Shown here: positions 1 through 9,353 of the stretch, piece by piece
Numbering within the stretch: position 1 is the first letter of the stretch
Layout of the letters: each line of letters opens with the position of its first letter
Sequence record: NZ_AP019725.1
DNA from: a plasmid
Length of the DNA: 64,000 nt
Reading direction: 5' to 3' (one strand)
Notes under the pieces: model-generated
Databases searched by the model: none
Told to the model about the DNA's origin: nothing
Seen by the model: only the letters and a program-made list of their open reading frames with translations
Translations under genes and position numbers: made by a program

Positions 1-178
1 TAGAATCATGAAAGTGGAAAAAGAAAAATACATAGCGGTTCTTAGACAGATATACGGTGCATTCTGTCCGGTTGGAATGCCGTTGAAGGTGAAGATACTT
101 CTGGCATTGCTGGCTTTGGTTGTCAGTTTTGTTGTAATGTCTTTGAAGAATTTAATTTTTATGCAATATGGAAGTTAA
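1..178 (+). CDS. traJ: Conjugative transposon TraJ, C-terminal fragment (window-truncated)
   Basis: An open frame from the window edge ends in ...VVMSLKNLIFMQYGS with TAA at 176-178. Its stop overlaps the traK start, the usual traJ-traK arrangement in CTnDOT-type elements. The N-terminus lies outside the window. Confidence 0.45.
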   Translation, partial: RIMKVEKEKYIAVLRQIYGAFCPVGMPLKVKILLALLALVVSFVVMSLKNLIFMQYGS

Positions 179-803
179 CAAGGCCAATCTTACTAAGGGA
201 TTCCTCTCCTATGTGGAAGCAAAGCGTAAGCAAGCCCTTTATCTGAAGCTTTTCTTTGTATCCGCCACATTCATAGTGCTTGCCGTGCTGTATTATTCAT
301 ATTCGATTGTGAAACACGCCAATGACAATGTGCTGGTTGTAAGCACTGGGGGAGAAATACTTCCGGTAGAGTCAACGGAGCTGGAAGAGCTGTATAAGGC
401 TCTTCTGGTGACCCATTGCTATTCAGTGAGTTATTATGTCAATAGTTTTGATGTCAACAACATCAAGAACAACCAGGCACGTGCGGCCTTTCTCGTAAAC
501 CAGGCTGATCTGAATGCTGTATTCGGGAAATACCAGTATGACAAGGCCTATTCGGATGCCATCAATAAGGGGGTTGTTTACCGGTGCAATTTTGATCGTG
601 TAGAGGATCTGCAACAAGTGGGTAACGGTAGCGAGTATCAGGTTGTATTCTCCTCGACACTGAGTGTGATGAGCAGTAACGATACAAAGAAAATCCGCAT
701 AGTGTCAAACGGTACTCTGATACGTGTCACGCCGCGCTACCCGGAGAATCCGACCGGTTATTATTTCAAGAATTATGTCCAGGAATATTTTCCTTTAAAT
801 TAA
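168..803 (+). CDS. traK: Conjugative transposon protein TraK
   Basis: 211 aa with an N-terminal TM segment. Size and position (after traJ, before traM) match Bacteroides CTn TraK. The traK-traM gap is 7 nt. Confidence 0.75.
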   Translation: MEVNKANLTKGFLSYVEAKRKQALYLKLFFVSATFIVLAVLYYSYSIVKHANDNVLVVSTGGEILPVESTELEELYKALLVTHCYSVSYYVNSFDVNNIKNNQARAAFLVNQADLNAVFGKYQYDKAYSDAINKGVVYRCNFDRVEDLQQVGNGSEYQVVFSSTLSVMSSNDTKKIRIVSNGTLIRVTPRYPENPTGYYFKNYVQEYFPLN

Positions 804-810
804 TTGTGCC

Positions 811-1866
811 ATGAAAATAAGGAAACCTTTTGTAATGGGGGGCATGTTGCTTGTGGCGGCATTGCTCTTTCTCTCCATGTTTATGGACATGTCTGCTCCT
901 CAGGAGATGGAGAGGCAGACAATATCCTTGCGTGCCGAGGCTGAAGATTTGTCCATCGATGATATGATCAATACGTCCGATAAGAGGAAAAGCCCTTCCA
1001 ATGATGTTGTAGCACCGGGCTTTGCCGGCAACGTCGGAGAATATGCTTCTTCTTCCGTTTCGACATATAGGGAAGATGATCCGGAGGCGATAGCCCGTAT
1101 TCAGGCGGCTATCCGTGAGAATGAGGAGAATCTGTCTGCCGGTTTGCGGAATATCGAGGCTGAAAGGAAAGGGCAGGCATTATCCGGCCTGCCTTCGGCC
1201 CGGAGTGATGAACATGACCGGGATGGCCGTTTCCAAAAGGATGGAATGGAAGGCTTGAAGAAGGACAGAAGGATAGAAATGGAAGAGCTTGAGAAGAGTG
1301 ATGCGGAGAATGATGAAGAGATGCCGGTGGCCGGGCCGGAAAAGGCTTCTCCATTTCACAGTATCCGCCTTACTTCTTCAAGTAACAGAAATGCGATTAA
1401 GGCATATGTACATTCGGAGCAGGTCGTAATGGCTGGCAGTACCCTTAAAATGCGTTTGGGAGAGGATGCCTATACGGATAATGGCGTGTTTATTCCGAAA
1501 AATTCACCGGTATATGGTATTGTAACCGGGATAGACGGCGAACGTGTGAATGTCAAGATTACCCATATCAATCTTTCAGGCAACATCCTGCCGTTCGCGA
1601 AGTCGGTATATTCCAAGGACGCCTTGCTGGGTATCTATGTGCCCGGTAATCCAAAATCCGAAATCTCCAAGGATGCTGCAGGCGGTGCGTTGGACGGGTT
1701 GCCCACAAGTGGAATATCCGGTGTTGATGCAGCTGCGCAGGTTGCTACTGTTGTGGCTTCAAGTGCTGCCAATGCTGGTAAACAGGCTTTATCCAAGAAT
1801 GTGAAAAAGATAAAGGTCACCATTAAGACCAATTATGAAGTTTATCTTCGTCCGGAAGAAAAATAG
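811..1866 (+). CDS. traM: Conjugative transposon protein TraM
   Basis: 351 aa with signal/TM, a charged middle and a Gly/Ala-rich C-terminus. Operon position is between traK and traN. Confidence 0.75.
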   Translation: MKIRKPFVMGGMLLVAALLFLSMFMDMSAPQEMERQTISLRAEAEDLSIDDMINTSDKRKSPSNDVVAPGFAGNVGEYASSSVSTYREDDPEAIARIQAAIRENEENLSAGLRNIEAERKGQALSGLPSARSDEHDRDGRFQKDGMEGLKKDRRIEMEELEKSDAENDEEMPVAGPEKASPFHSIRLTSSSNRNAIKAYVHSEQVVMAGSTLKMRLGEDAYTDNGVFIPKNSPVYGIVTGIDGERVNVKITHINLSGNILPFAKSVYSKDALLGIYVPGNPKSEISKDAAGGALDGLPTSGISGVDAAAQVATVVASSAANAGKQALSKNVKKIKVTIKTNYEVYLRPEEK

Positions 1867-1924
1867 GTGATATCTGATAAGGAAAGAAGGAATTAGTGTA
1901 TAACAATCAAAAATAAGTAAATCA

Positions 1925-3124
1925 ATGAAGTATGACATGAAGAATATATTGTTCTCCCTATTTGTGTTCCCCCTTGTCTGTCCGGTGGCGGCACAGACAG
2001 CCGACACAGATCGGCCAGTGGTTGACAATACCATTGCTTTGCGGGAGATCCAGTCTTCCTTTTTCTCTGTCTCTACACAAAAGACATTCCATCTCATTTT
2101 TCCGAATGAGGTGAAATACTTCTCTATTGGAGACGAGAATGTGGCCGGAGAAAAAATTGAGGCTTACCCGTGCGCTATCCGTCTGAAATCTGTTGTGCAG
2201 TCATTTGAAGGCCTTACCAATATGAGTGTCGTTACTGCCGATGGGCAGTATTACAGTTATAATGTCTCGTTTGTCCCGGAACTTCAGAAGACATATCTTC
2301 AGGTCGGCAGAAGCTATATGCAGCCCCCGGTTATTGCTGTCAACGACAATCAGCAGAGCCATCTCATCTTCCCCGACAAGATAATGTACGTTGACTACGG
2401 TACGGAGGATGTGGAAGTTGTCAAGGCTTCAGGCGTTGACAACATTATTGCTGTGCGGGCTTCAGCCCCTTTCTCTTCTGAGACGAACGTGTCTGTCGTC
2501 ACCCAATCAGGCAAGTTCTATACTTTTGATCTGAAATTTGCAGAGAAGCCGTCCCACCTTTCATATGTCGTTGATCCTACAGCCAAGACGGAGGAAAAGC
2601 GCATTGCCCTGCTTGATAATAAGGAACTTAACAGTGTGCAGCGTGAGAGTCTGCGTAAAAAGGTGAATGCATGTTTCTCATCCTTGAACAAATTGCATAA
2701 GGATTATGCCGGCATTCGCTTTTCCATCACCAATGTCATTATTGACAAGGATATTCTTTTCTTCAAATTCCGTATTGTCAATTACAGCAATATAGACTAT
2801 GTCCCTGATTTCGTGCGTTTCTATATCCAGGACTCCAAATTCCGGAAAAAGACGGCCATCCAACAGATCGAGCAGATCCCTTTGTTTTTCTTTGATTATC
2901 CGGAGCGGATCGGTGCGCATGAGACAAAAAACTTCACAGCCGCTCTGAACAAGTTTACAATTCCGGACAAGAAAAAACTGGTTATTGAGATGCAGGAGCG
3001 TGAAGGTGGCCGTCACTTCCTTTACAAGCTTGATAACAAGCCTATAATTTCGGCTGAGATACTTAATCCCCAAAGAAAATCAGGTACCGGGAAGATGGAT
3101 TTTCCGGTACGGAATAATCCTTGA
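1925..3124 (+). CDS. traN: Conjugative transposon protein TraN
   Basis: 399 aa secreted protein (MKNILFSLFVFPLVCPVAAQ) immediately after traM. It overlaps the next gene by 4 nt (ATGA). Confidence 0.7.
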   Translation: MKYDMKNILFSLFVFPLVCPVAAQTADTDRPVVDNTIALREIQSSFFSVSTQKTFHLIFPNEVKYFSIGDENVAGEKIEAYPCAIRLKSVVQSFEGLTNMSVVTADGQYYSYNVSFVPELQKTYLQVGRSYMQPPVIAVNDNQQSHLIFPDKIMYVDYGTEDVEVVKASGVDNIIAVRASAPFSSETNVSVVTQSGKFYTFDLKFAEKPSHLSYVVDPTAKTEEKRIALLDNKELNSVQRESLRKKVNACFSSLNKLHKDYAGIRFSITNVIIDKDILFFKFRIVNYSNIDYVPDFVRFYIQDSKFRKKTAIQQIEQIPLFFFDYPERIGAHETKNFTAALNKFTIPDKKKLVIEMQEREGGRHFLYKLDNKPIISAEILNPQRKSGTGKMDFPVRNNP

Positions 3125-3660
3125 TTTCACAGATGATAAAGCTGCTTGCCATATTGATGTTACTATCAGGTTCCGTTCCGGTATCCCTGCTCGAGGAACT
3201 GGCGATAAAGTCCAGGACCCTTGCCCCCATAGTTGAGGTGGCAGACCTTTATTTCTCTGCAGGGATTTTGGATTATCTGCCTTTACGCATACCCGTCGTT
3301 GGTGGAAGGGTATCTTCTCCCTATGGGTATCGTAAAGATCCCCTTACTGGAAAGGGGCGATTTCATGCCGGCCTTGACTATGCCTGTGAACTGGCTACTA
3401 CGGTTCATGCTTCAGCTGCTGGTGTTGTCTGTTTTGTCGGGCACCGCGGCGGGTATGGAAAATGTGTAGAGGTCAAGCACCGTTACGGTTTCAGCAGTAT
3501 TTATGCGCATTTATCGGGATATTACGTCAGAACTGGAGAGAGTATTCCTGCCGGTAAGATAATCGGTTTTGTCGGTACTACCGGCCGAAGTACGGGGTAT
3601 CATCTGCATTATGAGGTGAGAAAAGACAATCGTGTTATCAAACCACTATTTATATATTGA
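3121..3660 (+). CDS. M23 family metallopeptidase (peptidoglycan hydrolase) of the conjugation module
   Basis: Motifs YGYRKDPLTGKGRFHAGLDYA and GTTGRSTGYHLHYEV match the M23 HxxxD / HxH zinc site. The gene is translationally coupled to traN. Confidence 0.7.
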   Translation: MISQMIKLLAILMLLSGSVPVSLLEELAIKSRTLAPIVEVADLYFSAGILDYLPLRIPVVGGRVSSPYGYRKDPLTGKGRFHAGLDYACELATTVHASAAGVVCFVGHRGGYGKCVEVKHRYGFSSIYAHLSGYYVRTGESIPAGKIIGFVGTTGRSTGYHLHYEVRKDNRVIKPLFIY

Positions 3661-4001
3661 GAATGGAACGGATAGAACAAGAGAAAGAGTATATAATGTT
3701 GTTAAGTATTGCGCGTTACGGTTATGCTGCCATTCCCCAGGACTATAAATTCCTGTCTCGTCATGCCATGCTGAACATATATTATGAGATACTGAAAAGT
3801 TATACGTCAGGAATGAGCATCGAACATTTGGATAAGGCTGTAAAGCGGCATGCTGCTCTTCAGATAGCCAGGATGGATGATATTGACGCATTGTGTGCAT
3901 ATAGGAAGGCCAAGGGGAACAAAGAAACCAAAAGGTTGCTTGGCAACAACATCTATTATTGGAAAGTATTGTTGAACGAGATAAAAAAAAGAAAGCCATG
4001 A
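3657..4001 (+). CDS. Hypothetical conjugative-transposon protein
   Basis: 114-aa ORF overlapping the M23 gene stop by 4 nt, same operon orientation. It is preferred over the antisense 3646..4005 ORF on operon context. Confidence 0.4.
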   Translation: MRMERIEQEKEYIMLLSIARYGYAAIPQDYKFLSRHAMLNIYYEILKSYTSGMSIEHLDKAVKRHAALQIARMDDIDALCAYRKAKGNKETKRLLGNNIYYWKVLLNEIKKRKP

Positions 4002-4240
4002 ACACTATACGCCAGATTGAAAGGATGGAGAAGCTTCACGGTCTGATACTCCGTGAGATGACGGGTGATTCCCTTGATTTGTCCATTAAGTTGGGTGTGT
4101 CCCGGAGAATGGTCAACTATTATCTTCAGGAGTTCCGGGACTATGGTGCCCGGATAGCGTACTCACCGGTTCGCAAAACCTATTATTATTTGAATGATTT
4201 TGAAATAATCTTTAAATTTGAGATAAAGGTTTCCTGCTGA
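3998..4240 (+). CDS. Small hypothetical protein, possible HTH (start at internal Met of the 3959 ORF)
   Basis: MNTIRQIERMEKLHGLILREMTGDSLDLSIKLGVSRRMVNYYLQEF has a helix-turn-helix-like segment. It overlaps the previous gene's stop. Confidence 0.3.
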   Translation: MNTIRQIERMEKLHGLILREMTGDSLDLSIKLGVSRRMVNYYLQEFRDYGARIAYSPVRKTYYYLNDFEIIFKFEIKVSC

Positions 4241-4307
4241 GTATTAGGAAATACGAAATGATATTGCATACGTTATCTACTATATTTGTATAATAAAATA
4301 AATTCAA

Positions 4308-4910
4308 ATGTTTATGAGAAAGTTAAGAATTATTTATGCTTTGTTTGCTCTGTTGGCTGTCAGCTGTGGCCGTGACGAGCTGGTTGAAAATGAGGTACAA
4401 CGTCCGGTTGTGCCTGGTAAACAGTCCTCGGTTATTATTGAAGGTGAGGATGGTGACGGGCAGGGTGTCACGACCCGTGCCGGTAATAGGGTGGAGTTCA
4501 CTGGCGGTTATGCTACCGGTGCCGGTTTGTATGATGGAGCAGCTAAGGCTTCTGTTACAGCGGTTCCCTATTCCGGTTATCAGCTTGCCAGTTTTACCGG
4601 AGGGCCGGTGGGTGGCAATACTAATCAATTCAGTGGGTCTAATCAATACAATTTTAATATTAATAGCCAAGATTGGAGATTTAAGGTCTCCTTTAAGAAA
4701 GAGTACACTGTAACTGTATCTGCAGGTACTGGTGGCACAGTGTCTGGCGGTGGCAAAGTCCTGGATGGTTCCAGTTGCACGGTTACTGCAAGGGCCAATT
4801 CAGGATATTCGTTTGATGGTTGGTATGAGGGCAGTAGTAAGGTCAGTTCTTCAGCAAGCTATACTTTCACGGTTAGTTCTAACAGAACTTTCTACTTTTA
4901 TTTGACTTGA
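4308..4910 (+). CDS. Lipoprotein with Listeria-Bacteroides repeat domains
   Basis: Lipobox LLAVSCG. The C-terminal repeat YTVTVSAGTGGTVSGGGKV...SGYSFDGWYEG...YTFTV fits the GYxFxGWY List_Bact repeat. Confidence 0.6.
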   Translation: MFMRKLRIIYALFALLAVSCGRDELVENEVQRPVVPGKQSSVIIEGEDGDGQGVTTRAGNRVEFTGGYATGAGLYDGAAKASVTAVPYSGYQLASFTGGPVGGNTNQFSGSNQYNFNINSQDWRFKVSFKKEYTVTVSAGTGGTVSGGGKVLDGSSCTVTARANSGYSFDGWYEGSSKVSSSASYTFTVSSNRTFYFYLT

Positions 4911-5146
4911 TAAAATACTTTTCATATAATGGTTTTTGTCTCTAAAAGCAACAATGAAATCTTGTTAATTTTCTTACTAATGCAAATCTACATACATTTT
5001 TCTTTTTTCTAAAAAATCCTTTATCATATTATAATATATTAACTTTTAGAGGGCCTGATATTTGTTGAATCTTATATCTGTTTGTTATTGGGGCGTTCCC
5101 GTTCCGGTCGGGCTTTCCGGCTCAAACATATTCGTTACACTCATAC

Positions 5147-5225
5147 TCGCCTGCTATCCCTAACGCGACCTGAGTCAGGTAAATAAGAATGCTTTTTGAT
5201 ATAGGGATACGCGTAGGGATAAATA
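5147..5225. repeat. Inverted and direct copies of a TAGGGATA-containing motif in a GC-rich intergenic island
   Basis: The copies are tatccctaacgcg (5155-5167, inverted), tagggatacgcg (5202-5213) and gcgtagggataaa (5211-5223). The island (5090-5170) has higher GC than its flanks. Confidence 0.4.
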
Positions 5226-5366
5226 TAACACGTTGATAATCAGAAAAATAGCTTAAAAATAGTGAGCTGAAAATTTGGCTATATCATTGAAAATTCGTAT
5301 ATTTGAAAACAGAATACAGATATAGGAAGATATACCTGAATCCTGTTTTCTCATTTACACAATATT

Positions 5367-6041
5367 ATGGACACTGCCCTGTCGAGCCAGCCGATGGCAT
5401 TTAATCTGTTCTATCCCCTCATGTTATTGTTGAAGCAGGATCCAGCAGTGGTTACACTTGCCGTGAGGTCGGTCTTCAGGAACTTCCCGGTATTTGAGGT
5501 GACGGAAATCGGTCTGGAGTTTATTCCTACACCTATCGAGAATTACACGAATGACAAGTCTGCCATGGATGCGTATATTCGATTCGTGGACAACAAAGGA
5601 GGCAAGCATATCATCGCCATCGAGACTAAATATACGGATATGCTCGGAGTGAACGAGGCCAGCCGTTGTGAGGAGCAGAAGCAGATGCTCGTTGATACCG
5701 GTCTGTTCTGTGCGGACTTTGAGGAGCTGCTGATTGGAGGTAAAGTAAAACTTACGCAGATTTACAGAAACCTTTTGCTTACAGAGCGGTACAGGATAAA
5801 AGAAGGGCTGAAGGATTCGTATTCAGTAGTGCTTTCGCCGAAGGAGCATCCGTCAACCGAAGAGGAAATCAAGTCGGTTACGGAGTACCTGAAGCCGGAG
5901 TATGCCTATAAGCTGAGTGCTGTTACCTTGGAGGACTTTGTGGATGCGATGATACAGTACCTACCGGAGTATTATGCCCAGGTTTATGAGAGGTTCAGGG
6001 GGAGATACTTGGAGTTTGAGAAGATTGATTTGAATTTGTGA
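5367..6041 (+). CDS. PD-(D/E)XK nuclease superfamily protein (restriction-endonuclease-like)
   Basis: D...E-x-K core is visible in DAYIRFVDNKGGKHIIAIETKYTD. 224 aa. Confidence 0.5.
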   Translation: MDTALSSQPMAFNLFYPLMLLLKQDPAVVTLAVRSVFRNFPVFEVTEIGLEFIPTPIENYTNDKSAMDAYIRFVDNKGGKHIIAIETKYTDMLGVNEASRCEEQKQMLVDTGLFCADFEELLIGGKVKLTQIYRNLLLTERYRIKEGLKDSYSVVLSPKEHPSTEEEIKSVTEYLKPEYAYKLSAVTLEDFVDAMIQYLPEYYAQVYERFRGRYLEFEKIDLNL

Positions 6042-6055
6042 TAGAACCATACTAC

Positions 6056-6185
6056 CACACCGATTAAATTGTCAAAATGCCGACCAAACTAGCACAAGAA
6101 TACTGGTTACAACACCACAAGAATGTCGACTAAATTGCCACAAAAACACCGATTAAAATACCACAAAAATACCGATTTATGTTGT
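6056..6185. repeat. Cluster of imperfect direct repeats (CGAYTAAATTGYCAMAAA, CACCGATTAAA, CCACAAGAAT) upstream of the ATPase gene
   Basis: cgattaaattgtcaaaatg (6062-6080) vs cgactaaattgccacaaaaa (6131-6150). caccgattaaa occurs at 6058 and 6152. gcacaagaat and ccacaagaat are at 6097 and 6120. Confidence 0.4.
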
Positions 6186-6232
6186 TTGTAAGAGTAAAAT
6201 GCTTATATTTGCATCATTAAAACTTTATAATA

Positions 6233-7525
6233 ATGAAATACTTACATAGGGTGGCAGATAAAATGCTACAAGAACGACTTGAAACATTCGGTGCAGTTCT
6301 GATAGAAGGTCCAAAATGGACAGGAAAGACAACCACAGCAGAGCAACACGCCAACAGTTTCATTAAGTTGCAGGATCCTGATATGGCAGATGAATATCTT
6401 GCTACGGCGGCTACTAAACCATCACTTTTGCTGAAAGGTGAAAAGCCAAGACTAATAGATGAATGGCAGGATGCTCCCGTAATATGGGATGCGGTACGTA
6501 CAGCCGTTGATAATGCCAACGGATTACCAGGGCAATATATCCTCACAGGAAGCAATGCTGTGGATAAGACAAAAATAAAACATACAGGAACAGGAAGAAT
6601 AACTCGTATGAAGATGTATCCTATGAGTTTATGGGAATCTATGGAATCATCCGGTGAAGTCTCTATAAGAGAATTGTTTGATAATCCGGAATATGACATA
6701 GATGGCGCTTCAAGCAAACTTGATGTGCCGGAACTGATACGTGCGGCTTGCCGTGGCGGTTGGCCTGCTACCCTGCAGATGAGCCAGAAATCTTCTATGT
6801 TAGTAGCAAAAGATTATGTAAACAGCGTGTGTGAGAATGATATATCCAGGATAGATGGCAAACAACGTAATCCGAAAATAGCAAGGCAAATAATGAGGTC
6901 GTATGCACGAAATATCAGCACACTGGCAAAGAAAACCAATATACTTGCTGACATTACAGCATCCGGAGATATAACTATCTCTATGGATACTTATGACGAT
7001 TATGTGGAAGCACTGGAAAAATTGTATGTCATTCAGGACATTGATGCCTGGTGTCCGGCCATAAGAAGCAAAACAGCAATGCGCAGTGCGCCCAAACGCT
7101 GTTTCACCGACCCCTCTATTGCCGTGGCAGCAATGAACATTGGAGCGGAAGCATTGGAAATACAACTCAAGACATTCGGGTTTATTTTTGAACAGATGTG
7201 TGTACGCGACCTTAAGGCCTATACCGCAGATTTCAACAGCCGTATATCATACTATCGTGACCGCTATGGTTTGGAGTCTGACCTCGTTTTACATCTGGAA
7301 GATGAAAGATATGCTTTGATTGAATGCAAAATGGGTAGTAGAGAAATAGAAGAGGGAGCAAAACATCTATTGGAAATCAAACGTCTTATCCAAGAATATA
7401 ACAAAACGGAAAAGCAAGTGCCATTACGGGAGCCGGATCTTTTAATAGTCTTGACAGGCGGTAAAATGGCCTATACACGAGCAGATGGAGTTAAAGTTAT
7501 TCCACTTGCTTGCCTAAAAGACTGA
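6233..7525 (+). CDS. AAA-family ATPase with DUF4143-type C-terminal region
   Basis: Walker A is GPKWTGKTT. The 430-aa architecture is typical of the Bacteroides ATP-binding / DUF4143 family. Confidence 0.75.
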   Translation: MKYLHRVADKMLQERLETFGAVLIEGPKWTGKTTTAEQHANSFIKLQDPDMADEYLATAATKPSLLLKGEKPRLIDEWQDAPVIWDAVRTAVDNANGLPGQYILTGSNAVDKTKIKHTGTGRITRMKMYPMSLWESMESSGEVSIRELFDNPEYDIDGASSKLDVPELIRAACRGGWPATLQMSQKSSMLVAKDYVNSVCENDISRIDGKQRNPKIARQIMRSYARNISTLAKKTNILADITASGDITISMDTYDDYVEALEKLYVIQDIDAWCPAIRSKTAMRSAPKRCFTDPSIAVAAMNIGAEALEIQLKTFGFIFEQMCVRDLKAYTADFNSRISYYRDRYGLESDLVLHLEDERYALIECKMGSREIEEGAKHLLEIKRLIQEYNKTEKQVPLREPDLLIVLTGGKMAYTRADGVKVIPLACLKD

Positions 7526-7677
7526 TATTATGTAGTTAGTGAAAATAAGAAGCCCTATAGTAAAAGGGTGACCTTTGAAAAGTTTAATATGCGTTTTGTT
7601 AGATAACTGCTTAAAGAGAACATTACGTATAAAAGACCACTCAAATTTACTATTAAATATTATAATTGGGATATAAC

Positions 7678-8259
7678 TTACATTGAATATAAATGAAAGA
7701 ATTTCTTTATGTGGCGGAGGAATGGGGTAGGTTCCTTGTCGATAGAGTAAGGGTTTCCCCATTTGGAGATTCCGGACACTGATTCCGCGTATGTGATGTG
7801 CAGGCGTATCTTTGCCCTGGTCATGGCCACATAGAAAAGTCTTGCGGATTCTCTGATTTCCTCAGGAGTCTTCTTGTCAAAGAACGGATAGACACCATCA
7901 GTTGCCTCGAAGATAATCACGTTCTCAAATTCAAGGCCTTTTGCCTTGTGGACTGTAGAGACGAACACCTTTTCTGTTATACATGAGCTGTCACACAGGT
8001 CGGCTTCACGGTAGGTAGTTATATCGAGAAGGTGGGCTGAAAGCTGCTCCTTCAGACTCGGAGTCTTCTCCGGAGAGATTACATCATTACGGAGGAAGCT
8101 GAAGATGTACTGCATCTTCGGGTTTGCTTCTATCCATCCCTTCTGTATGAATGTGTCGTACAGATGCTCCAGCCCGTCAACGAGCAGAGGATATTCAGAC
8201 GATCTCTGGTAGAGACGGCTGAGTGTGCCGTGATAGATGTCAGCATGTTCTTGGTTTAT
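7678..8259 (-). pseudogene. UvrD/Rep-like helicase, C-terminal fragment only (about 190 aa)
   Basis: Helicase motif VI region STVHKAKGLEFENVIIFEA...LFYVAMTRAK. The frame stays open upstream to 8259 but has no N-terminal ATPase half. The intact family is 600 aa or more. Confidence 0.6.
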
Positions 8260-8525
8260 CTACACAGATTCCATTGAACTGTGTATATATGACTGATGGT
8301 TCAGCAAGACATTTGGAGTTATACAATGGAAGAAAGATAACTTTCAAAAGAACGACACCTAAGAATCTTTCTTTCACCAGTAAATTAGCCATGCTGATAA
8401 CATTCGCCCTTAAATCTCTTGGCAAAATAAATATAGAACAGACCGTCATAAAAAGAATACGGGAGTTACTGAAGAATGAGCCAAAGAGTGAAGTTATGAA
8501 AGACTTAAGTTTAATGCCGGAATGA
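8223..8525 (+). pseudogene. AbiEi-like antitoxin (DUF6088-type) C-terminal fragment
   Basis: LGLSTQIPLNCVYMTDGSARHLELYNGRKITFKRTTPKNLSF...IRELLKNEPK resembles, from memory, the C-terminal half of the roughly 190-aa family. The N-terminal half is absent and the ORF overlaps the helicase fragment. Confidence 0.45.
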
Positions 8526-8548
8526 ATAAGGAATATAGTAACAGAAGC

Positions 8549-8680
8549 TTATGAATAATTATTTAAGTCTAACAAAAGAACAGCAGCAAAAGGTATTACA
8601 GGCAGCAGAAAACAAGATAGGATTGCCTGGTCAAGCCATAGAGAAAGATAATTTAAATTATTGGATGTCATTATTATAGA
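8549..8680 (+). pseudogene. AbiEii/AbiGii nucleotidyltransferase toxin, N-terminal stub (43 aa)
   Basis: MNNYLSLTKEQQQKVLQAAENKIGLPGQAIEKDNLNYWM then stop. It matches the typical N-terminus (...VEKDYWV) of the family and lies directly after the AbiEi-like fragment. Confidence 0.4.
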
Positions 8681-8837
8681 GGGTGTATGAAATTAAGGGT
8701 TTCTAAACTTTTCTTGGAGTGTTTTCATCATATCATATCAATCCCCGACCGATGAGTTTTATAGAGAAAAATAATGCGTAACACAGTTTATTTTACACTA
8801 CCAATACAAATCATATCTCCCCCTTGAAGTAATAATA

Positions 8838-9353
8838 TTATAAACCGAAAGTAGGCTTAAGCAATTGCAAAGCCTTATCAACCTCAACCTGACTTACATC
8901 CATAAGGTCATCCCCCCAGGCTTCCGGGAAATCAATTATGGATTTTCCATTGTTCAGGACTGCATTCCTGATGGCTTTCTTTACATTCGGAAAAGAAGGC
9001 TCTATCTTGAAGTGCAAGCAATGGCGTACAGCCATTGTAAGCATTTCTTCGTCTATAAAGAAACGGATGGTCACATTCATGTGGATATGGTTTTTCTGTT
9101 CAAATTTTTTCCTCTTTGTTTGGAGTTTAGATAATCTGGAGTAGAAGAATGACGGAACATTCTTGCCTTCCGAAACAAGCCTTTTCATTTCATCCTGAAT
9201 TTCATTGATACCGTCACGGATGTCAGTAAGGTCAGTACAGTTTGAAGCGATTGTATAAGGCGAAAGTTTTCTTATCATATCAAAATGATTTATAGGGTTA
9301 AACTTTATATCTGTAGTTCTTATAGGATGTCTTGCGTATATACACAGCATCAT
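8838..9353 (-). CDS. Hypothetical protein (146-171 aa; probable start at internal Met near 9278)
   Basis: Second gene of a two-gene minus-strand unit. The long ORF overlaps the upstream gene, and the internal MIRKLSP start gives a roughly 20-nt overlap. Confidence 0.4.
   Translation of the reverse strand: MMLCIYARHPIRTTDIKFNPINHFDMIRKLSPYTIASNCTDLTDIRDGINEIQDEMKRLVSEGKNVPSFFYSRLSKLQTKRKKFEQKNHIHMNVTIRFFIDEEMLTMAVRHCLHFKIEPSFPNVKKAIRNAVLNNGKSIIDFPEAWGDDLMDVSQVEVDKALQLLKPTFGL

Noticed and set aside
3646-4005. 119-aa minus-strand ORF overlapping the plus-strand 114-aa ORF
   Set aside because: The plus-strand ORF continues the tightly coupled tra operon (4-nt overlaps). The minus ORF is Cys/Trp-rich and not coding-like.
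6056-6185. CRISPR array
   Set aside because: Repeats are short, imperfect and irregularly spaced, with no cas genes. It is better described as an iteron-like repeat cluster.
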